DNA of 64,000 nucleotides from Rhizophagus irregularis (Eukaryota): NCBI RefSeq assembly GCF_026210795.1, contig NC_089436.1, positions 310,001 to 374,000 of the forward strand, read 5' to 3'. Shown piece by piece: positions 52,720 to 64,000 of this stretch (position 1 is its first letter; each line of letters starts with the position of its first letter). The notes under the pieces were generated by a model. It saw only the letters and a program-made list of their open reading frames with translations, ran no database searches and was not told where the DNA came from. The position numbers and the translations under genes were made by a program.

Positions 52720-54308
52720 TTAAATGCAATTTTCGGAATTGATATTGAGTTTGGTAAAATCAACTTTTATTGATTCTAATGTAGAAATAAATATTGTATA
52801 AAAATACGATTTAATAAAACAAATTAAATTCATATAATTTACCTGAATATTCTATTCCAATTAAACCATCATTACTATCGGCATTTTTTGGTTCTGGAAG
52901 ATTTTTAAAATCTAAAATTCTACTTGTATAAACTGCTTGAGGATGTGTCATATATGGGAGTGTACTTGTAGAAGATAATGGTGATTGAGCTGTTGAAAAT
53001 GATGAGGATGACTTTTTATTAACTTCATCTGCTTCGTTGATTTGTTTGTTGATAATACAATTATTTTTATTGCAATTTTTCCATAAATCATCAAATAACT
53101 TTCGTAATTCTTCTGCATTAGGTCGGTTTAAAGGGTCTGCATCCCAACATTGATTAATAATGTCAAAAATTAATTGAGGAATTTTATAATTAGACTTTGG
53201 CCTCAACCCATTACAAATTTTTATTGTTAAGAATTCATCGTGAGCTATATCATAATATGGAGGGAAACCTGTACAAATTTCATATGCAATAATTCCAAAT
53301 CCATAAATATCACTTTTTTGAGTATATTCTTTTCCTCTTAAAACTTCTGGAGCTACATAAGGTAATACACCATATATTTTTTTATTATTATTTTGAGAGG
53401 ATTTGACATTTGCTGGTTGACATAATCCCAAGTCAGTAATAAAAGCTTCTTTATTAAAATCACTTAATATATTTCCACAATGAAAATCTTGATGAATTAA
53501 TCCTTTTTTATGAATATCTCTAAGACCAAGTGCAATACAATATAAACTCCACAACTTTTGATCCCAATCCAGTGAAATAAAGTTGTTATTTAAATGTTGT
53601 CTTAAGCTACCATTTTTTAATTCCATCACCATTATAAAATTATTTGTTTTTGGATCTTTGGTAATACCAAAACAACGAACTATATAATTAGTAAAATGTG
53701 CTAAAATATTTGATTCAACCTTAAAAGAATACTATAGTTAGTTTAACATTTATAAAGGCTAATACTGCTAAAATCAGTAAAAAATATCTTACTTCTTTTA
53801 AAAAATCTGCTGTAATATCTTGGGAATTATGTAAGCACTTTAAAGCGACTTTTGTATCACCTATTCTTTTCAAATTTTTCAATTGAAAATCATTTCTAGG
53901 TACTTTCCAAGGACCATCTTTCCAAACTGCTTTAAAAGTAGTTCCAAATCCCCCTTTTGCTAAATATTCAACATCTTCAAATTTATCATATTCAATCCAT
54001 TCTATGATTTGGCGATTATTTTTAGCGTTTAATTGTGCTTTTTGAATAAATTCATCAACGTCATGATTTCCACTTGTCCAATTTTTGAAATTTTGTCTAA
54101 AATATTGTGATTTACATAACTGACAATAATCATGACCAGTTCTAGGTTGCTTACAATTGTTACATAAATCATAATCTTTATAACGATTTTTTAATTCTTT
54201 GTCTGTTATTAGTTTATTAATTAACGATTCTTGTTCTTTAGTCAAATTCCAAATGTTAAAATCTTTTATTTGTTCAAATACATCATCACTTAGTTTAATT
54301 TCATCCAT
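52720..54308 (-). CDS. Tyrosine-kinase-like protein kinase (3 exons; introns 53720-53792 and 52776-52842), intact
   Basis: CNNCKQP..YCQLC, WTSGNHDVDEFIQ, LAKGGFGTTFKAVW, VALKCL, HQDFHCGN, TDLGL, YGVLPYVAPE, SDIYGFG, CWDADPLNRP. The final exon reads ESIKVDFTKLNINSENCI*. Confidence 0.92.
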
Positions 54309-54589
54309 TTTAATAAATAATTTTTTAACAAAAAAATGTTATTAATTCGTATATAAAAATTACTGAAAAATAATAAAGGAAAGAAAAAAAATGAAAAAAA
54401 AAGTGGTGAAACGTTATTTTATGTTGAATAATGGCGTGAAACAAGACTAAGTTAAATACACAAATAATCTGATCGGCAATTACAATTTTGGTAAATAAGG
54501 GTTTTTATTTAAATTTTCTATAATAGGTAAGATTAAATAAATATTTTAAATATAGTGAGTATTATGTTATGGCAAGCCGAGTTGGGCGG

Positions 54590-54850
54590 GTGAAAAATCA
54601 AGCATGGATTGATAAAATGTTACACCATGCCTGACATTTTACCTGTTCATGCTTATCTGTACGTGCTTGATATTTTTATCTGATGTTTATCTGTACGTGC
54701 TTGATGGTTTTATCCGACCATACTTGACATTTTATCCGTCCATGCTTGATGTTTTTATCCATCTGTGCTTGATATTTTTGTCCGTCTGTGCTTGATGTTT
54801 TTGTCCAACTGTGTTTGATTTAATCCAACTATACTCGATAATTTTATCTT
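54590..54850. repeat. ~22-bp minisatellite (CATGCTTGATGTTTTTATCCGT-like) preceded by one inverted unit
   Basis: Multiple units of (c/t)(a/g)tgcttgat(a/g)ttttt(a/g)tcc. The same array resumes at 60475-60608. Confidence 0.8.
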
Positions 54851-57253
54851 TGTCAAAAATTAGTTTCTTTGTCAGCACAGGGTTGATATTTTGTCGGTCA
54901 CATGTTTTTAAGTTTAGCGTAGTTTTTACACGAATTTTTATTTTATTTTATTGGCTTTTTTTTTTATAAAACAATTTTTGTAGAGAATTTTATTTTTAAT
55001 ATAAGCAAAGGCTTTTTTTTGATAAAATTTCGTTAGAGAATTTTTTTCATTGATAGGGATAGATAATTTCGTTAAAAAATTTTATTTGATAGAAATTTCA
55101 TTGGTTTGACATATACCTAATTTGTTGGAACAATTTTTTTTAACAGGAGAGATTTTTTTTTTAATGGAGAATCCATTGAGATTTTTTTTTTGTAGAAAAT
55201 TCTTTGGAGAATTTTTTTAAAGGGAAGATTTTTTTGATAGATAATTTCGTTAGAAAATTTTTTAACAACTGAAGTGAGATTTTTTTTGATGGAGAATTTC
55301 GTTAAGAATTGTTTTAATAGGAGGGAGTTTTTCTTAATAAAGAATTTCTTTTGGAATTTTTTGTAATAGGTGAAAGTATTTTTTGACGGGGGATTTTATT
55401 AGAGAATTTTTTTCTTAATAGGGGGATTGTCTTTGATAGAGAATTCCATTAAAGAATTTTTCTTTAATAGGAAGATAAATAATTTCGCCGAGAATTTTTT
55501 TTTTTTGATAGATCATTTCGTTAGTAAATTTTTTTAACAGGGGAGATTTTTTTTTTTGAGAGAATTTCGGTAAAGATTTTTTTTTTAATGGGAGGGAAGT
55601 TTTTTTTGATATAGAAATTTTTTAGAGAATTTTTTTTAATAGGGAAAATGTGTTTTTGACGGGAGATTTTCGTTAGAAATTTTCTTTAATAGGGTTCGCT
55701 GGGAGTATATAAAAATTTACTTAATTTACTATGCTATTTAGGATTCTATCATAGTTTTTCTTAATTTATCTTAATCTTATTAATGTTAATATTTTTTTAA
55801 TTTTATTCTTAAAAGTTAATATACTTCGCGAAAATTAATGTTTTTATTTAAAAATTAATATTTTTATTATTTATAAAATCCTTTTTAAAATTTAATAATT
55901 CTTAAAATTAATGATTCTTAATATAAATAATAAATATGAACAAAAATGCATGTTATTTTTCGCAGAGCTGAAAAGTAATCTTTATTCATAATGCCCCTAT
56001 TTTTTGGCAGAACGTCCTTTCAGCGAAATGTCTTGTAACTATTTCTGGTTGAAGTAAATTGGCATTACTTGCGTACTCCTCTTAATCTTCCCATCACATC
56101 TTCCCATCACTCCTTTTTATCTCCCACTCCTCTTCGTTTCCCATCACTTCTTTTCGTCTCCATTACTCCTTTTCATCTCTCATCATCATGTCCTATTTCT
56201 CCTTTTTGTTTCCTATCACTTCTAATTACTCTTTTTTACTCCCTTTCATCTTCTATTACTTTCCATTACTCCATTATTATTTCATTTGTTTATTAGCATC
56301 TTTCTCCTTGATCATTGTAATTTACTTATTTTTTTTATTTATTGTTATTGTTTCTTTTATTTGTTCAATAAAAATAAATATGGTGATTTTTTTCTTTGAA
56401 ATCGTAAAATGTGTGACTTAAATTTTAATATTGCGAATAAAATTTCATTAAATAAGATTATTTTGAATAAATATGTTTGCAAAAATTTTTTTTAAAAAAT
56501 ATATTTTGCAATAAAATTTTAAGTTTAACCAATCAAAATTAGATACATCATATGACATATTTGAAAAAAAACCCAGGCGATGATCGCCCAGCAACGTTTA
56601 CTATCAATATATATTAAAAGTAGTTAAAATAGTAGATTTTCGAAAAATGTTTTTATGCCAATTATTTAATATTACTAATGAAAAAAGAGAAACACTTCAA
56701 AGCAAAATTTCTGCTATATACTTTTTTTAAAGTTAACATTATTTTAAAACCTTTTAATTTATATTATACAATATGATTATATAATAAGAAATTTGTAAAA
56801 AATTTCTAATTAAAAAAAAAAATGCTAAAATTAAAGTTTAAAATGGAATCAAAAAATACCAAACTAAAGAAAATTATTAAATAAAGTTAGATAAATTTTT
56901 TAAAAAAATGCCATAAAAATAAATTTTAGACATCTGAAATTATTAAAATAAAACAAATAAAACAAAAAAAAAAAAGAATTAAAATTAAATATTAAATAAA
57001 GATGAAATTAAAGAAATACCAAGACTAAAGACTAATAATAAATTTAAAAAAATAATTATAAAGATAAAATAAAAAAGTATGCTAATATAGATCAAATAGA
57101 ATATTAATTATATTAATTAAACAAAGAACTGATAAAATAAAATAAAAATTAATTAAAAAAAATATTAAATTACATTAATAAGATTAAGATAAAATTAAAA
57201 AAAACTATGATATAGTGTAGTAGCTGAAATTAAGCAATTTTATATACTACTAG

Positions 57254-58446
57254 TAAAGCTCCGCATGAGCCAACTGGCTTGTGAGCCGAGCCATACTTAA
57301 ATTGGCTTGATGCTTGACAAGCCAGCTCAAAAAAGATCAAGCTGGCACCTACAAAGTAATAAAATAAATTCTGATTGGTTACAGTTTCGGTGTCGGTCAT
57401 ATGCATGACTTACTATCTACCGATCCAATCGGTTGATTGATAATCAACTTTTTGTATACGAAAAATAATTTTTTTTTATGCCGATCTTTTTTAAATAATA
57501 ATTTATTCATTATTATTGTTTAAAAAGATGACGAAAATGTAAGTTAAGGGAAGGATACTTTGTTTTTTTTAATTTGGAAATGTTACTAACGTTCCCTTTC
57601 TTTTTTTCTTTAGGGCCCTATAAAAAATTTTTATCCGAATATTTCCATTATTTCTCTGTGTCTTCCGTAAAAATTCCGTGAAAATGATACATTCATGGAT
57701 ATCCGTGTTAGCGAGATAAAAATTTCCATGATTTAAGGCTATAAATTCCATGAAAATGATACATTCATGGAAAAAACATGGAAAGATAAAACACTGATCA
57801 GATTTTTTACAGGGGGGACATTATTCTAGACGTGAATTCCATCGAAATGAAGCAAGAACAACCATTCCTTGGAGTTATGCGATAAGTAATTTAATATATA
57901 GTTATGAATTGCATTACGAAATAACACCAATGCATTTTTTTTTATTTTCAGGTTTCCGGCTAGTGGAATAATTAACCCTAACTCTTTCACGAGGATTTTT
58001 TAGATATAAATCTGGAGTACCTTCTCTTCCTTATAATCAGCAAGAATTGCCGCATATGGGTTTGTATAGTTTGGAAAGTATGTGGTTGTATAATGGCATT
58101 TAAACAATACTAATGCCAATTTACTTTTATTTTTTTAGGTTTCCGGCTATGGAATATGTGGTAGGTATTGTTTGGAAGTGTGTGGCTGTGAAATGGTGTT
58201 ATAAAACACCATTAACACCATTTCTCTCTTTTTTTTTTAGGTAAAGCTCAAGCCCGGCTCAAGCCAGCTTAAGTCCAGCTCGACTTGAGCTGGGATTTAT
58301 TATGGCTCGGCTTGGCTCAAAAAGCTTGAGCCGATATTTGCCATGGCTCAGTTCATTGTGGACTCAGCTCTCTTAATTTTTCGAGCTGAGCTTGAGCTAT
58401 GATTTGGATACCTGGCTCAGCTTGAGCCAGCTCATGCAGAGCTTTA
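57254..58446. mobile_element. hAT-type non-autonomous element, 17-bp TIR, 8-bp TSD ACTACTAG
   Basis: TAAAGCTCCGCATGAGC vs reverse complement of the right end TAAAGCTCTGCATGAGC (16/17). TSD at 57246-57253 and 58447-58454. Many subterminal GAGC/GCTC motifs. Confidence 0.88.
57616..57814. mobile_element. CMC/EnSpm-like MITE (199 bp) nested inside the hAT element
   Basis: GGG|CCCTATAAAAAA ... TTTTTTACAGGG|GGG; internal repeat TGAAAATGATACATTCATGGA twice. Confidence 0.8.
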
Positions 58447-58454
58447 ACTACTAG

Positions 58455-58659
58455 TAGTGCTTCGATCCATAGCGGTTTTATCCGGATTTTCATCCGGATT
58501 GAATTTCATTAAATTTCGCTGGCACTATGAGTTTGGCCAGAATTAGTATAAATTTTTGGGATAATAATACTTTAATAAATTATATCTGAAATTCATAATC
58601 TTTCTCAACCATAATCGTAACATGAAAATATTCAAGTTTTCATCCGGATTGAAGCACTA
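58455..58659. mobile_element. Second hAT-type MITE (205 bp) with the same 8-bp TSD ACTACTAG
   Basis: TAGTGCTTCGATCC vs reverse complement of the right end TAGTGCTTCAATCC (13/14). TSD at 58447-58454 and 58660-58667. Subterminal TCCGGATT motifs. Confidence 0.88.
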
Positions 58660-59869
58660 ACTACTAGTAAACCATTTATTTTATAATATCAATTAAAAAA
58701 AAAAAAATTTATTTAAATTGTAAAATTTAATAAAAAATTTTCCAATAAATTTTCAATCAATTTTTTATAAAAAAAGATCTCTATTAAAAAAAAATTAAAA
58801 AAAACTATTTTTCAAAAAAAAATTTTCTATTAGGACTTCTAACAAAATTCTCCATTAAAAAAATAAAAAAACTTTTCAACCAAAATTCTCTAATGAAATT
58901 CTCAACCAAAAAAATATCCCCGATTAAAGAAAAAATTTCTGACGAAAATCTTCCATCAAAAAAACACATTTCCCTATTAAAAAAAAATTCTCAAAAGAAT
59001 TTCTATCAAAAAAAAAAAACTTCCCTCCTATTAAAAAAAAAATTATTTACCGAAATTCTCTATCAAAAAAAAAATCCCACTTGTTAAAAAAGTTTACTAA
59101 CGAAATCTATCAAAAAAAAAAATCTTACCTATTAAAAAAAAAATTTTTTAATAAAATCCTCTATCAAAAACAATCCCCTTATTAAAAAAAAATTCTCTAA
59201 TAAATCAAAAAATTCTTCACCTATTAAAAAAAATTCCCAAAAGAAATTCCTATTAAAAAAAAAAATTCTTAACAAAATTCTCTATCAAAAAAAAAATCAA
59301 AAAAATCTCTGATAAAATTATTTTTATCAAAGAATTTTCTACTAAAAAAAAAATTGTTCCAACAAATAGGTATATATCAAAAAAAAAAATCTTATTAAAA
59401 AAAAATTCTCCAGTGAAATTTAAATTTTTGACGAAATTATTCATCAAAAAAAAAAACTTGGAAATGTCCCTATCAATAAAAAAAAATTTTCTAACAAAAT
59501 TTTTTATCAAAAAAAAGTCTTTTATTAAAAAAAAAATTCAAAAGAAATTTTATCAAAAAAAGCTTTTGCCTATATTAAAAATAAAAATTCTCTACAAAAA
59601 TTGTTTTATAAAAAAAGAAGCCAATAAAATAAAAAAATTCACAAAGCGAACCAAAATACAGTAAAATTACAAGAACTCTATATTCTAAAGTCAACAGTAA
59701 CTATGAAACTAGTATTTAAAGCGCGACAAAGCCTTTCAGACATAGGGCGTTATCACCTTGGTGTATAAAAAGAGGAAAAAGCACGAAGGAGGGATACCCG
59801 CTGTCGGATATTCACACTATCGAACCAAGATTAGAATAAATGAACAGTGATAAAAAAATAAAGTTATAG

Positions 59870-60470
59870 AATCGAATTACATATAAGAAATATTATAATA
59901 GGAATCTATGTTAAAAGGTAGTAAAAAGGAGGAAACATGTCGATAATTAGCAATAACACCAGAATGTAAAAATTGCTTGAAGTCCACCTGATATAAGCGT
60001 GATCATCTAAATGTGTCCGTGAGAAGACATAAGGAGTTGGATATAACTGGTTGGGATAAGAGCAGACTTGATGTCGCTGAGGATCCTGTAGGTAAATAAG
60101 ATCTGTGTTAGGAGGATTGGAAGTGATCGGATTATCCTGAGATCTTTTTCATTTCTTCGAAGTGGTTTTGTGGTGTCGGCAATATGATTTCTTTTTAGCC
60201 CTAGTAATACCCAGGGATAGTTCCTATTCTTTAATGGCGTTTGCATGGGTTTCCAAATGTTGACATTAATGTCTTTCATTAAAGGCGTAATAAAGTCGTT
60301 AAAAACTTTATCATGTGATCATTTGTTACCATATAATTGTATAGAAGTGAAGAAAGTTTGATAGGAATTAAATGATGAATTAACAAATAAAATGGAGAAT
60401 TTTTATCGACATTATCGATGGAAAGTTGAAAATGTTTGAATAAAGGTGAATTATTAACACGATTTTCCAA
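59870..60470 (-). mobile_element. 3'-terminal fragment of a non-LTR retrotransposon ORF (degenerate)
   Basis: The minus strand gives PFYLLIHHLIP, INVNIWKP and DHAYIRWTSSNF..HSG, resembling C-termini of Glomeromycota LINE-like proteins as I recall them. No RT motifs lie in this fragment. Confidence 0.5.
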
Positions 60471-60474
60471 GTTG

Positions 60475-60608
60475 AACGTACTTAATATTTTTATCTGCTC
60501 ATGCTTGATGTTTATCTATCATGTGCTTGATATTTATCTGTACATGCTTGATGTTTTATCTGTACATGATGCTTTGATGTTTTTATATGTTCGTGCCTGG
60601 TATTTTTT
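60475..60608. repeat. Continuation of the ~22-bp CATGCTTGATGTTTTATC minisatellite
   Basis: catgcttgatgtttatc, tgtgcttgatatttatc and catgcttgatgttttatc units. Confidence 0.75.
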
Positions 60609-61554
60609 ATAGCAAGCCAAGTTGGACTCTTGTCTTATAAATTGAACAATTGTTAAAAATAATTTTTTTCTTTGACTGATCATATAAAAAAGAGAAAATT
60701 TTGAATGATTTTTTTATCTTTTTTTTTTATTTATAGTATGTCTGGTTGAAACTTTATTAAAATTGTAACGGTACAATGATTTTTTTATCTGAATTGCAAT
60801 CTAGGTAATTCATATTAGATCTTTTGTATAACTAACATTCAGATCTGATTTCATCATGTCAATTGCAATACAAGAAATATGTTCTCTCTCTTTTTTAACT
60901 ATGAATACCAGCTTTGCTAATTTATTGCCTGTAATGTTTAATCTAACAACATAAAGGTAATCTTGAACTCAAAAAATTGTACTACAAATTAATCAATAAT
61001 TCAAATTTATAATATGTTTAATTTGATTTACTAACTCACGATAATAGCATTGGAGATTTAAGATACTTCTGGATCAAGCAAAACTTTTCTTTTAACATCC
61101 TAAGTGCGCTAGAGGACCTTTTTTATTCCTGATACCTTAAATTTGTCCTTTTAATCAAATGTTATTTTATGTCTAAATTTCATCACATGGCACCAGTGAT
61201 TATTTGATAATTTTTATTTTATTAAAAAATAGTTAATTAAAAAAAAAATTTCAATAAATAATCAAATGATATTTTTTTAAAAAAATATTATGTGTAATTT
61301 TTTCTTTAATTCACTACAACGATAAAAAATAGAGAAATCATTCTTTTTTCTCTTAAACTTTAATTGAGGATTCCAGAAAAGTAAGTTAATGTATTGTATA
61401 ATAAATATATAAATATATATTAATATAATTTTTTAAACATATAAATTTTATAAACTTAAAACAAGTATAAAATACAGTTATAAGAAATTTGATGATAAAC
61501 AAAATTTTGCTTTTACATTATTTTAATATTCTATTAACTATGTAAATAAAGAAT

Positions 61555-63142
61555 TTAATTGCAATTTTCGGAATTGATATTGAGTTTGGTAAAATCAACT
61601 TTTATTGATTCTAATGTATATAAAAAGCCAGAAATAAATATTGTATCAAAAATACGATTTAATAAAACAAATTAAATTCGTATAATTTACCTGAATATTC
61701 TATTCCAAGTAAATCATCATTACTGTCAGCATTTTTTGGTTCTGGAAGATTTTTAAAATCTAAAATTCTACTTGTATAAACTGCTTGAGGATGTGTCATA
61801 TATTGGAGTGTACTTGTAGAAGATAATGGTGATTGAGCTGTTGAAGATGATGAGGACGACTTTTTATTAATTTCATCTGCTTCTTTGATTTGTTTGTTGA
61901 TAATACAATTATTATTATGGCGATTTACCAATAAATCATCAAATAACTTTCGTAATTCATTTGCATTAGGTCGTTTTAAAGGGTCTGCATCCCAACATTG
62001 ATTAATAATGTCAAAAATTAATTGAGGAATTTTATAATTAGACTTTGGTCTCAACCCTTTACAAATTTTCATTGCTAAGAAATCATCATGAGCTATATCA
62101 TAATAAGGAGGGAAACCTGTACAAATTTCATATGCAATAATTCCAAATCCATAAATATCACTTTTTGAGTGTATTCTTTTCCTCTTAAAACTTCTGGAGC
62201 TACATAAGGTAATACACCATATATTTTTTTATTACTATTTTGAGTATTTTGAGAGGATTTAACATTTGCTGGTTGGCATAATCCCAAATCAGTAATATAA
62301 ACATATTGATTAAAATCGCTTAATATATTTCCACAATGAAAATCTTGATGAATTAATCCTTTATTATGAATATCTTTAAGACCAAGTGTAATAAGATATA
62401 AACTATTCAACTTTCCCCCCCAATTTATTGAAATGAAGTTGTTATTTAAATGTTGTCTTAAGCTACCATTTATTAATTCCATCACCATTATAAAATTATT
62501 TGTTTTTGGATCTTTGGTAATACCAAAACAACGAACTGTCCAACAAGTAAGATATACTAAAATATTTGATTCAACCTTAAAAGAAATTATAGTTAGTTTA
62601 ACATTTATAAGGGCTAATAATACTAAAATCAATAAAAAATATCTTACTTCTTTTAAAAAATCAGCTGTAATATCTTGGGAATTATGTAAGCGCTTTAAAG
62701 CGACTTTTGTTTCACCTTTCCTTTTCAATTGACTATTAAACCAAGGACCATCTTTCCAAACTGCTTTAAAAGTAATTCCAAATCCCCCTTTTGCTAAATA
62801 TTCAACATCTTCAAATTTATCATATTCAATCCACTCTATGGTATGGTTTATATCCTCAGTTTTTAATTGTGCTTTTTGAATAAATGCATCAACGTCATGA
62901 TTTCCACTTGTCCAATTTTTGAAATTCTGTTGAAAATGATTAGAAATACATGGCTGGCACCAATCATGACCAGTATTTGGCTGTTTACAATTTTTACATA
63001 AACCATCTATTTTATAACGTTTTTTTAATTCTTTGTCTGTTATTAGTTTATCTATTAACGATTTTTGTTCTTCAGTCAAACGCCAATATTCGAAGTCTTT
63101 TATTTGTTCAAATACATCATCACTTAGTTTAATTTCATCCAT
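61555..63142 (-). CDS. Tandem paralog of the 52720-54308 TKL kinase; 1-nt frameshift in T5 run at 62162-62166 (pseudogene or assembly error)
   Basis: Same exon structure and near-identical DNA including flanks. The paralog has T6 (cacttttttgag) where this copy has T5. The ORF track reads through the first intron (~62576-62648). Confidence 0.88.
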
Positions 63143-63391
63143 TTCAATAAATAAGTTTTTAAACAAAAAATAGTATGTTATTAATCCGTATGCAAAAAAT
63201 TACTAAAAAATAATAAAGGAAAAGAAAAAAAATGAAAAAAAAAGTGGGGGAACGTTATTTTTATGATTTCAAGATCGGCAACAAAATTGTGAAACAAGAC
63301 TAGTTAAAATACACAAAGGAACACAATAATCTGATCGGCAATTAAATTTATCCAATTTTGGCAAATAAGGGTTTTTTATGGCCCGGAAAGG

Positions 63392-63620
63392 TTGATGAAA
63401 AATCATCATGGTGCATGATGATTTTTCACCATGTTGCATGATGGCTTTTCATCATGTTGCATGATGACTTTTCATCATGATTAATGATGACTTTTCACCA
63501 TGTTTACATGATAACTTTTCACCATGTCTCTTGATGACTTTTCACCATAATTTATGATGACTTTTCACCATGTAACGAATAATTTTCATCATGTGACAAA
63601 TAATTTTTCATCATGTTTCC
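63392..63620. repeat. ~21-22-bp minisatellite (CATGATGACTTTTCACCATGTT-like) preceded by one inverted unit
   Basis: About nine units of atgatga(c/t)ttttca(c/t)catg; the first unit tgatgaaaaatcatcatg is inverted. Confidence 0.85.
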
Positions 63621-64000
63621 TAATGTAGAATTGTTCAATATCCAAAAATAGCTTACCATGCCACTGGTTTTTATATTACAAATTTAGTAAATTTTAAGAT
63701 TTTCTTTTACAAATTTGGAAATTTACCGATCCTTTGGCATTTTTGCAATCACATTTACCGTATAAAACATTTTTTTGCCATCACATCTATGAATTTTTTT
63801 TTCAATCTAAATTTTTTCGGTTCCCCCTTTTTTTAATTTTCATTTTTTTTTCTTGAACCGATCTTTTACTTTTGGTTCTTTCTTTTTTTTCAAATTTCCT
63901 CTTTTCTCTTTCAAAATACCTTTGTCTTTTCCTTTTTTTTTCTTTTTTTAAAAATTTTTCATTTTTTTTCCTCTCTTTATTTTTTTTCTTTCTTTTCACC

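Larger units (their letters stand above)
54930..59642. mobile_element. Foldback-like element with long, internally repetitive inverted arms (left ~54930-55800; right ~57150-57253 plus ~58660-59642)
   Basis: 54930-55030 matches the reverse complement of 59540-59642, 55580-55695 matches that of 58917-59040, and 55705-55800 matches that of 57150-57250. No TSD was identified. Confidence 0.72.

Noticed and set aside
58893..59664. Lys-rich and Phe-rich ORFs
   Set aside because: They are translations of the A/T-run subrepeats of the foldback arm.

Overview
Very AT-rich eukaryotic DNA with short (~65-100 nt) GT-AG introns. The gene families present are typical of arbuscular mycorrhizal fungi (Glomeromycota, Rhizophagus-like): Crinkler/REase effectors, tyrosine-kinase-like kinases with a CxxC..CxxC N-terminus, a TRP-like channel, a BTB protein and an F-box/LRR relic. 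This assignment is an inference from family recognition, not a database hit. The window is a repeat-rich accessory region. It holds a FAR1/MULE transposase with one in-frame stop, a six-exon REase-like gene largely missed by the ORF track, a CRN-REase-kinase gene, an intact 8-exon TRP-like channel, three TKL kinases (two tandem paralogs), a BTB protein and many pseudogene relics. It also holds a set of MITEs with identifiable TIRs and TSDs, including a nested stack (foldback > two hAT MITEs at one 8-bp target > CMC MITE). The most interesting candidate system is two intronless paralogous helical proteins (8759-9874 minus, 29534-30577 plus) plus a third decayed copy head-to-head with the second. 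Their architecture resembles ClyA/Hbl/Nhe-type alpha-pore-forming toxins. Several single-base frameshifts fall in homopolymers and may be assembly errors. No rRNA, tRNA or CRISPR array was found.
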